Made by a program: the position numbers and the translations under genes
The notes under the pieces: model-generated
Database searches by the model: none
Told to the model about the DNA's origin: nothing
What the model saw: only the letters and a program-made list of their open reading frames with translations
From: Atractiella rhizophila
Lineage: Eukaryota
Assembly: GCA_021432655.1 (NCBI GenBank)
Contig: MU271237.1
Location: 15,132-79,131, forward strand
Direction: 5' to 3'
DNA length: 64,000 nucleotides
Shown: positions 1 through 13,648 of the stretch, in pieces
Numbering within the stretch: the stretch's first letter is position 1
How the letters are laid out: every line of letters begins with the position of its first letter

Positions 1-838
1 ATTTGTCCAATACCTTTACTTTGCATAGTCGCAAAATACTTACCTTGATATTCAGCAACTCCGAGTTCTCTTTTGCTTGCCTGTCTCGATCCATCACCGC
101 CAGCGATGGTTGCCACTCCACTGTAGCGTCACACTGCAGCAAAGAAGGCCGAGTGGTAAAAGAAATTAAAAGCTCCACTACGCACTGCCTCCTATGATTT
201 CTGAGCCATCCAAGAGTGATTTCTCTGGGTCCGCAAATCCAATAGGGATATCTACAGGACCATTTAGTTATAAGTGGAAGGACGAACGAGAACCTTACAG
301 GCCATTGCACCGTATGATGGGCGAGGAAAGGCAATGTGGTAAAGCCGTGGATGTTGTCCACCCTATCGCAGAGGTCAATCAGTTTGCAGGTTCAGAAAGA
401 CTACACACAGGAAACTCACGGTAGAAGAAATATGCCTGCCCACTTGCCTACAAGTGCACCAGACATACAACGCATGCCCGTGGAATCGAAGAAGCTGCTC
501 CTTTGAGCAAGAGCGCGTCCATAACGAGCTGGCGAAGCGAGATAATGAGCTTTCACGATGTTGTTGTAGAGAGTTCGAACGTACTAGGGATGCCAAAAAG
601 AAATCCATCGTAATATTTGAGAACACTCGGGTTGGTGAGGACAGGATAATCCGACTTTGGAGGAGCGTGCATAGATAAATGGGTTGCTGACGATAAGAGA
701 AAGCAAAATGGAAGCTGTCGCACTTTCAGGAAGCTGACAGATATCCACCGCTGTCACTCCCTTAACTACACTCTCCGACAAGGTTTTAACGTGTCCGTAT
801 AACGAATAAAAGATGATAGCGATTTTGAGAGTAGGCAT
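1..838 (-). pseudogene. Degenerate WrbA/Pst2-type flavodoxin-like NAD(P)H:quinone oxidoreductase, copy A'
   Basis: Starts MPTLKIAIIFYSLYGHVKTLSES (flavodoxin FMN-binding loop). Aligns to 11509-12422 and 13649-14557 but with several deletions. Confidence 0.8.
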
Positions 839-2078
839 TTCTAGGTATCAATTCTCAACCTTGTCAAACAACTTCTCGCTTTGAGCTAGTTGGTTTTCTC
901 TGAGAGGGAGCGATTCAAGCCCGCTTCATACGTTCGATACATTTCAAAAGGAAATGTTCAGAAAAGGCTGGAATACGGAAAGACCGTCAAGATGTTATAA
1001 TCCTCGCGCGATGCGTAGCATCTTCCTCCCACTTGAAAGGAGAGAGTGGAACTCCATGGAAGACCACAATAATTGCCGTGTCAACCAAAAAAAGGCTAAA
1101 AGCGTACAAATACAACTCTGCTTTTCTCCTCAGCTCAATCAAATTCACAATGTGCAGGATACAGCCATATAATCGCGGAGAGCGGATTGGGCTCCACGCT
1201 TTGAGTTTTCGCTAATCCTGTCTTCTCCTCCTCGCGAAGCCCGAATGGGAGAAGGAAGTTAATGACAAGATGGAATTGAACCTTGTATATCTCACTTCGA
1301 CTATCTGTTATGCTTCACGGTCACGGCATCAGGCCTCCAAACGGCTTAGAGATCCCACAAGGATGTTGCGATATCTCAAACACCTCACCGCGAAGGGTTG
1401 TTCAAGTAAAATATGACTACGACAGCAAACGAGGGGAAGGAACTTCCGTGTTAGAGCAATCAACCTAAACCAATCAAATATGAGAGAAACTCAAGATCAA
1501 GACTTTGTGTAAAGGATTCTCAACAACATGTCGGACAGAAATCATTGACTGCGGGCCTTCCATACTCGAGCTTCCTGTTCAAAACCTAACGGGTGTCTGT
1601 TGAGGTTTTAAAAATTGTGAAGAACATTTTGTACGCCTGCAAATTATAGAAGGTTTCAAATTAGTTCCCGTCACGCATAAAACGAGGAAAATTTGGTTGG
1701 CTATTTTAGACAAAGAACATCCATATTTGACGTGGACAAGAGACTTGTTTGATAAAACGAATTCAAAATTGTCTAGAATCTTACACGCATGACCGACCCC
1801 ACTCCAATCAACCTATGTGTATTTCCATAGTAGCAGTGGTCGACTCGTTAAATTCGTTCAGGGTCAATACAGCACCTGTTTGCCGTAGTAAACCCAATCT
1901 AAATCAGTCATTTCCACTTCTTTGGTTCAGTTCACTGGACCCAGTCCTATGTGCGATTTGGAAACAGTTCACAACTTGAATTCAACTTAAAGAGTGCCAT
2001 GGAACTATCTTAGCTGAATCACTGACATTGTATTGCAGACTACATTGGCACACTCTCTCAAAATCCCATATTCTAGCT

Positions 2079-2627
2079 TCATTGGGAAGCAGCAGCCTTT
2101 CCAGCGACGTAGTATCCTAGTTGGGTCGTGAAGTACTTGCCCTGATATTCAGCAATCCCGAGTTCCTTCTTGCTTGGTTGCCGTGATCCGTCGCCGCCAG
2201 CGATGGTTGCAGCACCACTACCGCGTCACACTTCAGCAAAAGAAAGGCGAACAGTAAAGAAGGTAAAGAAGCGAAAAACTCACTAGGCGCTCCCACCGAT
2301 GATTTCTGACGCATCCAGGAGCGATTTTTCGGGATCAGCAAAGCCGATGGGGATGACTGTGGCACGATTTCGGTTTGAGGATAAATGGAAAGGAAAGAAG
2401 CAGACGCACAGGTGATTGCGTGGTGAGCGAGGAAAGGCAAGGTAGTCAAAGCGGTGGTTTCTTGACCGCCATGTTGCCCACCCTATTCCGATGATCCATC
2501 AGTTACAGTTTCCGAGAGACCACAGGGAACCTACAGTAGAAGAAAAGATCCCAGCCCATTTGCCTACGAGGGCACCGGACATCCAAAGCATGCCCGTGGA
2601 ATCGAAGAAGCTGCTCCATTGAGCAGG
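2079..2627 (-). pseudogene. 3' part of WrbA-type gene, copy B', cut at 2628
   Basis: Near-identical to 13649-14188 ([17 protein letters not shown] ... [14 protein letters not shown] ... GKAAASQ*). Homology stops abruptly after GAGCAGG. Confidence 0.8.
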
Positions 2628-2898
2628 TGACACCTATAGATAGTCGAGGGACTTTCACCCGAAAGGTCAATAGCTCGGGAGCAGACTTTGGATAAATGTG
2701 ACGAAACAATCGGGAGGGGTTTTTACAGGAGCTCTACTACGTGCGAGGAGGCTTCAGTCTAATGGGATAGGAGTGGCTAGGTTCACAAGAGTTCCTAATG
2801 CTACCTAAAGAAAAAACCGTAGGGATCATGCAAACTTGAGAGATGCTGTTCTAAATTGTCGAGTAACAGAGCGCAGCGGTCGAGCAATACCTGCGCGA
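2628..2898. mobile_element. Probable end of an LTR or other insertion interrupting WrbA copy B'
   Basis: Unrelated sequence starts with TG (TGACACC; ...GGTGTCA on minus) exactly at the breakpoint and runs into the gap. Confidence 0.4.
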
Positions 2899-2923
2899 NN
2901 NNNNNNNNNNNNNNNNNNNNNNN
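2899..2923. other. Scaffold gap (25 N)
   Basis: Run of N. Confidence 1.
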
Positions 2924-3706
2924 ACAAACCTTGAAGAAGACGAACAGCTCGAAAGTCTGAAACGTCATCTTGCTACTATGAAAGTGGATTTGGACAAACA
3001 CCAAGAGCTACGTGGTCCCATGATGCGTCTGGTATGCCAAAACACCTTGTCTTCATAACCGTGTTAATATGGGCCTAGTTTTCACCTCGATCGCAAAATG
3101 GCCAAAAGGCGCTTGCTAATTGGGAGAAGAAGTCCAAGTGGCTCCTTGCCGAGATCGTTAAATTCGAGACATATATCGAAGTCCTCGAGCGTTCTGTCAA
3201 GCTTCGCAATAAGAAGAGGGACGAAAAGCGCGTTGAAGAGTTGTTGAAGGTTGCGGATGCGGCTGATGACGCAGATGCAGCCATGGCTATGGAATCTCAG
3301 CGGGAGCAGGATATGGGAGGAGGATTACGAACTCGACCCAGATAAAACTCTTGAACAAATGCCTTCGACTCAATATCGTCCCAACTCCAGAACATCTGAC
3401 CCGCCGCGATCTCCGACATCCCCTCGAGAACCTATGTCTCCAATTTCTTCCACCGGCGCTTATTCTCCTCGCACCTTTACTCATCCAGAGCAATCATTCC
3501 AACGACAGTCCATTGGACACCGAGAACCGGTTTCTCCGCGAGAAAGGGAATCAGAACCAGGACCCCGTGAGCGTGAACGCCCACCTCCTCTTGGACTTGC
3601 TGTCAAACGAAGCTCTGCGATGACAGGCAGTACTGTAGCGAGTACAGTCGACGAATTCTTCGATTTCAGCCCTCAGAGCGGGAAGTCGAGCTTCGATAAA
3701 GCATAA
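2924..3706 (+). CDS. 3' end of a probable Sec7/PH-domain Arf-GEF (SYT1-like); 5' part lost in the gap
   Basis: LEEDEQLESLKRHL...RGPMMRL/FSPRSQNGQKALANWEKKSKWLLAEIVKFETYIE resembles, from memory, the C-terminus of fungal Sec7-PH proteins. Apparent +1 frameshift near 3313 (ATGGG). Confidence 0.55.
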
Positions 3707-3858
3707 ACCAAATGATAGCTTACAGTTTTGGGCCTTTGAGTTGATTTATCGATTTTACAATTAATCTTATGTTCACCTTTTCTTAGCTTGTACCGTCGTT
3801 GCATTGTAGGTTTTATGCCATTCATTTGAAATAATTGGGTATTTATCAATCATGAACA

Positions 3859-6800
3859 TCAAAAGCCAAATCCTTTCGGTGTAAGCTTTATGCTCCAAGA
3901 CGCGGCTAAGGCATTATAAGCAGCCTTTTAACTCTTTCTAGAAAACCTTGGTGCATTGTAGCAACTGCAGCCTTGGTACCCTCGTCCTCAGATTTGAAAG
4001 CAGGATCAAACTTGAAGGCACCATCAATAGAGTTTTCCAGCCTTTGCCGATCTGTGTCGCTCCTCAATGGAACCGTAATAAGGACCTGAGCACTGAATCA
4101 ACTTCATGCTGCAGAGAGGGAAAAAGGTAAAAAATTCACTTCAATGATTGCCGGTATCGCTTCTGAACGAGGCATTTTCTTGTTGGGAAGGCCTCGAGCA
4201 CTGATTTGTCGAATGCTTCGATCATCCATCCACATGGTAACTATCTGAGCTTGGTACCCTGAGAAAGTAGGCTGGGCAGGATGTTCAGTCCGCTGTGCTT
4301 TCCGCCAATTTGGGGAAGGAGGATGCAAGTCAGGTGGGATAATTTTCAGTGTCGGCTGGGAATATGTGTGCCTCATGAGTGGAGGTTTAAGTGCGCCGCT
4401 CCTCCTCATGATGTCCGTCAAATCCGAGGGGGTCGTATCCCACGAAGGTGTAGTGTTGAAATTTTGTCTAGCAGAAACTGGGGAGCGGCGGGAGCGACTT
4501 CGTTGTGCGGAGGAGAAAGTCTCGACGGATACGTTCTGATTCAAAGCCTCCTGAGAGTGATCGAAGCTATAAAACTGCTCGGATGTTTGGGAGTTATCGT
4601 CCTCATCAGATTCGTCGTCCTCGTACAATTGCTGCTCGCCTAGGATGTCATCATCCTGGTCCAGGCCAGCGGAAGTTCGGGGAAGGGGAAGAAATTGAGA
4701 TTGGGTATGTTTCTTGACATCTGGCATAGATCCATAACCGCTATCCTTTTTAACAAGACTAGCTAAGTCTGCTCTTCGTCCATAGATAGTAGCCTTGGAG
4801 GTCGATGGGACAGCATTCAGGGTTATTCCTCGAGGCCTTTCTGCAACTGGAGACGATGGAGCGGTCGTACTTAAGCGAGATTCGTCGGCTATGTGTATCA
4901 GTCGCATCGTCAGCAGGCATTGAGTGTAAAATCGATCAACTGACCGTCATCTTCATCTTCAGAACTTTGAGGCTGCTTCATCACAATCACACTCCCGGTC
5001 TGAAACCATACTTGGGAATGGTAGTTGGCGAAAACCAAGAGTTGACTTCTCAGACGCTCTATGAGCAGCATTTTTTGGGGATAACCTATTCTCCCTCCTC
5101 GCACTATTAGAAACAGTGGGGGCTCGAGCTGGCAGAGGTTAAATCAGGTTCGGACTTTTAATCATGGAAAGTGGCCCACCAATTCCAGTAAAACGCCTTT
5201 CCCTGAAAGCCTTCTTCGTCATCACGATAACATCTCCAAAGCAAACGGTCCCTAAGTCAAGGTCTCGCTCCAAGGTGTAGAGTTCTTTCTCCAAATGTTG
5301 CAGTTCAGTTCGAAAGTCCAACGATGGGATGTCAGACGAAGGAGAGGCGATTTTGGGGCTCTTGATAAAGGCGGCGCTTTCTCGGAAGCAGAATTTCCTC
5401 CTCCACTTCTTGGTCCGATTCCCTGAATGCTGCATTCCCCATTTCTGCCTTATTATGATTCTCGTTCGACTTTTCATCATCATCTGCATATATCACGTTT
5501 AGCTTCTCTTCTCCTTCTTTTGACTTCTCTTTCGTTCCATCCCCTTCATCTAAGCCGACCGCCACGTGATCCCTCCGTGTCGATACTCCCATCGTTGGCA
5601 CCCAGAGAATCCGGTTCGCCAACCGCCCAACGAGAATACCGGGAATATGGCAACCCACGAGAATTCGCAAATCTTTGCGCGTGATATTCTCCGCCAGCAA
5701 CAAATGGTCTATTGCTCTCAGGTTGGTAATTGTGAAAATCTTGAGATCTGGTGGGTGACACTGGCGGTTCTCTCTCGAGCTGTTCTGAGTCCTTATCTGG
5801 GGTTTCCTCCTTGGAAATATGTGGGAGGCAAGGAGATTGGATTGCGGTTGGCCAGTCCGGAATCTCGACTTCTCTGTTGCGGAGAGGAGTCAAAGGGCGT
5901 GGCTACGCGAAACGAGGGCATGAGGCTGGAGTCCGTTGGGTCGAAGACATCAGATGGCCGTCCAGGTATTCCAGCACCGTCTAAGATTCGTGCTTCACGA
6001 TTCTGAGTTCGAGCATCAGCTGTTTTAGCCGTTCCAACGCCAGGTCTGCTGTGATTGTCAGTGAGACTTACAGAACGTCACACACTGCGTGAAGAATAAG
6101 AGATACAGACATGTCAGTGGCGGGGTTCGCGTTCGGTTTCGAAGACGCTTTAACTGTCTCCTGAGATGATGGCTGACCTTTCTCCCTGCAACATCGAAGT
6201 GAGAAAGTCTATTTCCGGCTACGACAGCAAGAACATACGCATCACCTTCTTGGGCAGAGAAGTACTCCAAAGACGATTCTGCGGCGGGGATTCGAGGTGG
6301 GTGTTGTTTTGCCTTCTCCAATTTTTTGGCTCATGGATGACGACGATTCCTGCTTGACCAACCGGAGGCTCCACAGCCAGATGGCTGATTCTCCGGATGA
6401 ATCGCTTGGAAGACGGTGAGAAATTCAACTTGAGATGTGAAGCAGAGGACGTACAATTCCCTTTCCTGAGTGGACGAATAATCGAGAGATGGTTCATGGG
6501 TAGGGCTGAGCGTCTGCAAAGCTCTTCCTTTCCCCTTTACTCTTGATGAACTTGATGGTGGTGGTTCTGATTGATCGGGGACAGATCTTGCGATGGGAGC
6601 ACTGTTGCATCACGATAAGCCATGTGATGGGAATTAAGATGTACACACGGTCTGTATGGAGGATTGTCATCAAGCAAGCCAGCGACTTCAAAGGCTTTCC
6701 TGAGTACATTGAACCTTGACTTCTTTCCTCTCTTATAGTCAAGTAGTTTCACATCCAAACGGCGTTGCTGGATCTTTTTCAAGGTCATCCCTGAATACTA

Positions 6801-7396
6801 CCGGCGTAGGAAGCAAGGTAACACATACCACGTACTCGAAGACTGACACACATTCATCCGTCGACCATTTTCCCTTCTTGAGCAGCTCTCTGTCGATGGC
6901 ATCCTCTTTTTCTTTCACAGTACCGCGGACAGAAAGGGTCTGCTTTGCCTTTTCCAAGAGCTCCTGCGGTTGTTTAGACCTTCAGCGATTGCAGGCGTCA
7001 TCAACGGAGCAAGGAGAATATGATTAAAGGCTCACTTCTTGTGTCCAGCAGTCCATTCGGTGACTGTAGACGGCGACTCATCCAGATTGAGAGAATCATG
7101 ACCACGTATAGTAGCCGGAAATCCCCGTTTTTGACCCAGGAGGAGTAGAGGGAGGAGTCTTGTAAGGATTTGAGGATGTTGCGCCAGAGGAGGAAGAACG
7201 GATCGTTGTATCTGGATCTTCACTTGCTCTATGAAAGGAAAGGGTCGTTTAAAACTGTGCGTTCGCATTCACTTGAAGGATAAACCTACGCCTGGTATGG
7301 CACAAAACCCTGAATTGGCGGCAGTCGACTACCAGGCTTATAAAGATGGCTGCTCGCACTGTTGTCCTCGTTTTCCTTGGACGTCTCCGAACTCAT
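3859..7396 (-). pseudogene. Large multi-exon hypothetical gene with several frame disruptions
   Basis: Chain of minus-strand coding-like segments (MSSETSKEN...; LKKIQQRRLDVKLL...; 4104-4907 ORF; ...PKGFGF*) with GT-AG introns. They cannot be joined in one frame. Confidence 0.4.
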
Positions 7397-7835
7397 GCTG
7401 GCAATAAGTTGCCAATTTGGCTGAATCTCTGACTTTCTGAAAATATTGGTACAGGGACCATGTAAATTGAGCTAGACTCGATGCGATCTGTCTGTAGTTG
7501 GAGTCTGTGCAGGCTTATCAGTTAGGATAGTGCAGTAAAAGCAACACGAAGTTTTTACGCACCTAGATTGGGCCGTGAGCTCAAGGACGGACAGACAGCG
7601 TTTCTGCTTCCCCTTCTCTTTGTATCAAGTATTTATTTGACTCGTTGATTTACGATTCTCGCGTCGCGGGTTCTTAGTGCATTAAACCACGTGAGTTTTC
7701 GACAAACACAAAGCAGCCCTAACCCTACTTCTCGAAACGTCCGCAGCACTGCACAACAACAGTCACTTATTATTGCTCCGTCTCAGCTGCAGCCACTTCA
7801 GAGTTCCCCATTTCTGCTCAGGGGACTACCCAGCC

Positions 7836-9749
7836 ATGTCCCTCCCACGCGAAAAGTCGGCCAACAAGGAGATTCGACAACTCAAGCACCTCTACCAATC
7901 ACTTAATCACCGTGACCAACACCTCTTCGAGAGAGGCGTCACTTATGCTGGCCTATTGCTCGGGTTTCCGACCTTGAGCGCCTTGGTTGAACATACGAAA
8001 GAGAAGCGCGATGAGGCCATCGCAGAGATTGAGGACGGGATGAGGGAAGACAGACATCCGGATACCTTGTACTTCACGGGGGGGTACACGGAAGAGGATC
8101 GACAGGAGGCGAGGGGAGAGGAGGGCGGGAAGGAAGAAGATGAAGAGAGCGATCTAGAACTGATACAGAATGTTCAAGTAGATGAAGATTTTTTCGCCCA
8201 GGATGACTCTCCGCTACCTTTCGGGAATGACGATGAGGACGCGGAAGGTGAAGAGGATGGTGCGTCGTTTCTTCGTTACCTCAAAGCTGGGGTTCAATTT
8301 GTCTGTTTCGTTGTCTGTAAAGTGCCGCCGGCCATGACTTTCCCACTTCACACCGGCCATCTGAGCGAAGAGAATCTCATTTCGTCATCCGTCCAAAAGT
8401 CCAGCCCAATGTGGGGTCACCATATCGCCCTCCCCAATGGCGATCTCACCCTCCCAACGTCAGACTACGGTTCTCCGCACAAGGGAGGTCTCCAGGCTTC
8501 AGACTTTGAGGTCGAACGCTCCATCATCGTACCTTCCAAGCGAGACGTTCAGCTCAGGAGAGAAAGGGAGGCTCGGAAAGTGTCCAAGTCTCAGCCCGCC
8601 CAGGTTCACGCGCAGGCAGCGGAGAATGATCAAGCCGAGGAAGACGACGAAGATATCGTGGTCATCGATGGCAAGACGTATCTCAGGCATCCGACCAAGC
8701 CTGGACTCCTCATTCCCGCTTTGACAATGATGGAGCTCTCCTCCGCCTCAGCCGCACCGTTGCAACACGACGCGAGATTGAAGTCACAAGCAGGGACGGC
8801 GTCTCATTCGATGAGACGGAGAGCGAACGCTCCAACTCTCCCTGCGCAACGACCAGGCAATCTCTCCCGCTCCGCTTCCATGCAAGCTCTCTCCTCCGCT
8901 GCACGTCCACAACTACAGAAACGACCTTCTCTCGCTCCTCCTTTCGAGCTCAACTCCGCCTCTTCCATCTCAACCTCCTCGAGCGCTCAATCCTCCCTCC
9001 ATCTCCCCCGCTACGATTCTGCAAGCCCTTCGCACAGACAGAGGCTTCCTATCCCCTCTGAGCTGGATCCAAAGAAGATGGACGCGACCAAGTATCCACA
9101 GTGGCTGAAAGTGAAGCTGAACCCGAGGCTCATAAAAGGGGAGCTTCCGCCCTCCCCTTTAGACTCAAATCAAACTCAGGACGCCTTAGCTAGACAGAGG
9201 GGAATGGGCGATCTCAGGAAGGCGAAGAGCATGAGTGACCTTGCTGGTGTGGATCGGAGGAGGAGGGAGAGGAGCGCGAGTTTGAGCTTGGATGGGGAGG
9301 ATGAAGAGGACATGGGAACAAGGAGAATTCATGGAAGCCCCAGGAAGGCGAGAGGAAGGAAAAGCACGAGCGCAGTCGACATGAACAACGGGAAGGCAGT
9401 CACGGCCGCTGGCGTACGGAGGAAACGAGCATCTCTCCCCTCTGCTTCGATACCTTCGGACACCCCCAGACGAGCCACACGCGCTGGGAGTCAGGTGCCG
9501 AAAGCTGTAATCGTCATCTCACAGAAGACTGCAGATGGTGTCCCGACTTCCGAACGCCTTCAGAATATGCGCGTCACTCGTTCTCGCGCTTCTTTAGCTC
9601 CAGTTGTTGAAGAAGCAGAAGATGGGAAGAGGATGACGAGGAGCCGCGCTAGCTTGTCTCTCGCTGAAGAAGGGGAGGAAGTGAGGGGCGTGAAGAGAAA
9701 AGCTGGCGCAATGGGAGAAGGAGTGAGGAAGAGAGGGAGAAAGGATTGA
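7836..9749 (+). CDS. Hypothetical, largely disordered, probably nuclear protein
   Basis: Long ORF from MSLPREK. Acidic tract, C-terminal basic NLS-like clusters (KRKAG...RKRGRKD). Probable in-frame intron ~8259-8322. Confidence 0.7.
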   Translation: MSLPREKSANKEIRQLKHLYQSLNHRDQHLFERGVTYAGLLLGFPTLSALVEHTKEKRDEAIAEIEDGMREDRHPDTLYFTGGYTEEDRQEARGEEGGKEEDEESDLELIQNVQVDEDFFAQDDSPLPFGNDDEDAEGEEDGASFLRYLKAGVQFVCFVVCKVPPAMTFPLHTGHLSEENLISSSVQKSSPMWGHHIALPNGDLTLPTSDYGSPHKGGLQASDFEVERSIIVPSKRDVQLRREREARKVSKSQPAQVHAQAAENDQAEEDDEDIVVIDGKTYLRHPTKPGLLIPALTMMELSSASAAPLQHDARLKSQAGTASHSMRRRANAPTLPAQRPGNLSRSASMQALSSAARPQLQKRPSLAPPFELNSASSISTSSSAQSSLHLPRYDSASPSHRQRLPIPSELDPKKMDATKYPQWLKVKLNPRLIKGELPPSPLDSNQTQDALARQRGMGDLRKAKSMSDLAGVDRRRRERSASLSLDGEDEEDMGTRRIHGSPRKARGRKSTSAVDMNNGKAVTAAGVRRKRASLPSASIPSDTPRRATRAGSQVPKAVIVISQKTADGVPTSERLQNMRVTRSRASLAPVVEEAEDGKRMTRSRASLSLAEEGEEVRGVKRKAGAMGEGVRKRGRKD

Positions 9750-9929
9750 TGCTTCCTTGCTAAGGACAGATTGGTAACCTCTTGATTTCCCCTCTGATTC
9801 TCTCGACTATTCACTCATCTTGTATTCTTTTGACTGGTGGTTTGATTTATGAGTACTATAAATTGCCATTGAAAATGTGATCCTATTTCTTTACATACAA
9901 CACGTTGATTTTGATTGGACGTGAAACCT

Positions 9930-11211
9930 TCAAGCTTTGAATTTGCTCATGTGCTCCTCGAACTTGTGCTTAAAGTCTGAATGCCACCTAGAAAGTGGGG
10001 GACGACCTTCCAAAAGATCGCCAGCGGTCCAAGCCATACGTCCCAAGTCCGTTTGGCGATCTACGTCGTTATCGGGACATATGATATAAAACTGACCGCT
10101 ACCAATGCAGGAAATCAGCACCAACCATATAATAAAGGAAGACGAGGCGAGAACGAAGAGAGTGTCTGACGGACAGGTTCATCTTGTCGAACAACTCATC
10201 AGCCACCTGATCGGACGTCCATGCTCCTGCTGGCTTTTGAGAGATGTCTGGATAGCCGTCTTTGTGCTTGGATGGGTCGCTCGCCAGTTTAGTGAAAGTC
10301 CAACCCTAGTTGGAAGACCACACATGAGAGTGCATACTTGTGAACCAACCGAGCGAGAGAACGAACTGGCACTAGCAGATGAGCCGTCACTTGAGGTGCT
10401 GTGGCTGTCAAGGAGTGCGACAGCTGTTCCGCTAGTTGTCGTACTTCAGATCAAGGATGAAGATCTGAGCATGGTGCGTACCTAAAGATTTGACCGCCGC
10501 CTTGGACACATTGTATCCTGTATTCCCTGGTGGCATGGTGATTCCCCTGCATGTACGTCAGCAACATTTCATAGATTTCCCAGAAGGATCACATAAGATT
10601 GTGACGCACTGTTTTGATCCAGTAATAATGATCGCAGCTGGCTTTCCGTGCTTGATAATGTCCTCCGTAAAGACCTGCAATCCATTCAAGACGCCGTAGA
10701 AGTTGACATCCATCGTCTTCCTAAACTCTTCGATTGCCGACCAGGCAGTTGAGCGGAATCCAACGCCTGCATTCTGCAGACCATGAAGCGCCTCAGTAGG
10801 GAAGGAAAAATGTCAAGAGGAGGCTGACCAAGGCGAGGAAGGTTAATGGAAGCTCTCCAAAAAATGCATCTGCTTCCTTCTTCAAGTTCTCATAGCTCTC
10901 CAGCTTTGTGACATCCGTAACCACGCCTTTCACTTTCTCAGAGGGCACGCCATACTCATCGCCGAGGGCTGAGATGGATTTCGTGATGCTGCTTTCATTG
11001 ATGTCCGCTATGATCACTTTAAAGTTGCGCTTTGTAAGTAGCGTCACCGCAATGGAAAACCCTATGCCTCCATACCCTCCCCCTACGGAAGTGGCATAGA
11101 CCAGTTAAAATTTGTAGACACCGATGGATTGGATAGACGAAAGGGATATGCACCTGTAATGATCGCACCAGACGGCGAAGATGAACTCAAAACAGGATGA
11201 GTAGTTGCCAT
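9930..11211 (-). CDS. Short-chain dehydrogenase/reductase (multi-exon)
   Basis: GAIITG/GYGGIG NAD-binding motif, VIIADIN, VTDVT; C-terminus FYIICPDND...PLSRWH. Confidence 0.85.
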
Positions 11212-11508
11212 GTGAGAGTCAAGTGAGGTCTGTTTGGAAAACGGGAAGAGACTTCCTCAAAATGAAATGATGAAATGATGTTTTGTGTCCCGCAGTAAAC
11301 GTAATCTGTCCAGTCTAGATCTCTTTCTGTTTGTTGCCCCAGACCTAGTTTCTGTTTATCATCACCTTAGTCTCACTAGGATACCGCGTGGTGTATCCAA
11401 TGATGTACGGCTATGAGATCTTATAGAGTCTGGAGCCAAAATCGTTGTAAAAATGCCCTTATAACTGTGTTCTCCAATTTCTCAAAATCGTTTCATGTGC
11501 CCAATCCT

Positions 11509-12422
11509 TTACTTTGAAGCAGCTTTCCGGCGACGTAGTATCCGAGCTGAGTCGCGAAATACTTACCCTGATATTCAGCAATCCCGAGTTCTTTTTTGCC
11601 TGGCTGTCTCGATCCGTCGCCGCCAGCGATGGTTGCCGCTCCACTGTTCCGTCACATTTCAGCAAAGAAGGGCGGGTGGTAAAAGAAATGAAAAGCTCAC
11701 TATGCACTACCTCCTATGATTTCTGAGCCATCCAAGAGTGATTTCTCTGGGTCCGCAAATCCAATAGGGATATCTACAGCATTATTTCATTATAAGTGGA
11801 AGAACGAACGAGAACCTTCCAGGTTATCGCATGATGGGCGAGGAAAGGCAACGTGGTCAAAGCCGTGGTTTCTTGACCACCATGTTGTCCTATCGCAGGG
11901 ATCAATGAGGTTGCAGCTGCAGAAAGACTACACCTAGAAACTCACGGTAGAAGAAAATATGCCTGCCCACTTGCCTACAAGTGCATCAGACATCCAAAGC
12001 ATGCCCGTGGAATCGGAGAAGCTGCTCCATTGAGCAGGAGCACGTCCATAACGAGCTAGCGATGCGAGACAATGAGCTTTCATGGCGCCGTTGTACAGAG
12101 TTCGAACGTACTAGGAATGCCAAAAAGAAATCCATCGTAAATCTTTGAGAACACCCTGGTCGGTGAGGATAGGATAATCCGACTTTGGAGGAGCGTGCAT
12201 CATCTCTAGAACATTTGAGGGAGCGCTGCGCAATAGAGATAAATGAGTTGCTGGCGATGAGAGAAAGGAAAATGGGAGATGTCACACTTTCAGGAAGCTG
12301 ATAGATATCCACGGTCCCGCCTGCCCGCCTGCCTCTGTCACTCCCTTAGCAACGGTTTCTGACAAGGTTTTAACGTGTCCGTATAACGAATAAAAGACGA
12401 TGGCGATTTTGGGAGCAGGCGT
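11509..12422 (-). pseudogene. WrbA-type quinone reductase pseudogene, copy A
   Basis: Start codon position reads ACG; an 8-nt duplication (GCAGGCGG) near 12315-12335 frameshifts the gene. Otherwise colinear with the intact copy. Confidence 0.8.
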
Positions 12423-13648
12423 TCTTAGGTATCAATTCTCAGTCTTGTCAAACAACGTCTCACTTTGAGCTTGTTGGTTTTCTCTGAGAGGGAGCGATTC
12501 AAGCCTACTTTATACATTGGGTACATTTCAAACAAGCATTGCTCAGAAAAGGCTGGAAGACGGAAAGACCGTCAAGATCTAAGATATGTAATCCTCGCGC
12601 GATGCGTCGCATCTTCCTCCCACTTAAAAGGAGAGTTGAACTCCATGGAAGGCCACAATAATGGCCGTGTCAGCCAAAAAAAGGCTAAAAGCGTACAAAT
12701 ACAACTCTGCCTTTCTCCTCAGCTCAATCAAATTTACAATGTGTAGGGTACAGCCATATAATCGCGAAGCCGGGAATGGGCTCCACTCTTTGAGTTTTCG
12801 CAAATCCTTTCTTCTCCTCCCCACGAAGCCCGAATGGGAGAAGAAGTCAATGACAGGATGGAACCTTGTATATCCCACTTCGACTATCTGTCATGCTTCA
12901 TGGTCTCAGTATCAGGCTCCACACGGCACAGAGATCCCACATGGATGTTGGGCTATCTCAAACACTTCACCGCAAAGGAGCTAATCAAGTAAAATGAAGA
13001 CTGCGATGGCACAACGATGGAAAGGACCTTCCGTGTTAGAAAAATCGACCTGAACCAATCAAATATGAGAGAAACTCAAGTTCAAGACTTTGTGTAAAGG
13101 ATCCTCAACAACATGTCGAACAGAAACCATTCACCACGGCCCTCCATACTCGAGCTTCCTGTTCAGAACCTAACGGCTATCTCTTGATGTTTATAAATTC
13201 ATGAAAGAAAATTTTGTACGCATGCAAATTTGAGAAGGTTTCAAATTAGTTGCCATCCCCCATAAAAAAGGGAAAATTGGGTTTGGCTACTTTGGACATA
13301 GAACATCCACATTTGACGTGGACAAGAGGCTTGTTTGATAAAATGAATTCAGAATTGTCTAGAATCTTACGCGCATGACAGACCCCACTCCAATCAACCT
13401 ATATGTATTGCCATCGTAGAAGTGGTCCACTCGTTAAATTCGTTCAAGACGAATGCACGGTGGCCGCAGTAAACCCAATCTAAATCAGACATTTCCACTT
13501 TACTTCTTTGGTTCAGTTCACCTTTGCACGATTTGCAAACAGTTCACACAACTTGAATTCAACTTAAAGATTGCCATGGAACTATCTTAACCGAATCACT
13601 GATGTTTTTGCAGACTACACACACTCTCAGAACTCTAATATTCTAGCT

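Larger units (their letters stand above)
1..2627. repeat. Segmental duplicate of ~11497-14188 (WrbA copy A + spacer + 3' part of copy B)
   Basis: Colinear high similarity through coding and intergenic DNA, e.g. 1471-2000 vs 13040-13580. Confidence 0.9.

Noticed and set aside
2625..2640. Resemblance to the SP6 promoter (AGGTGACACCTATAGA)
   Set aside because: Imperfect match, no other vector sequence, and partly formed by the insertion junction.
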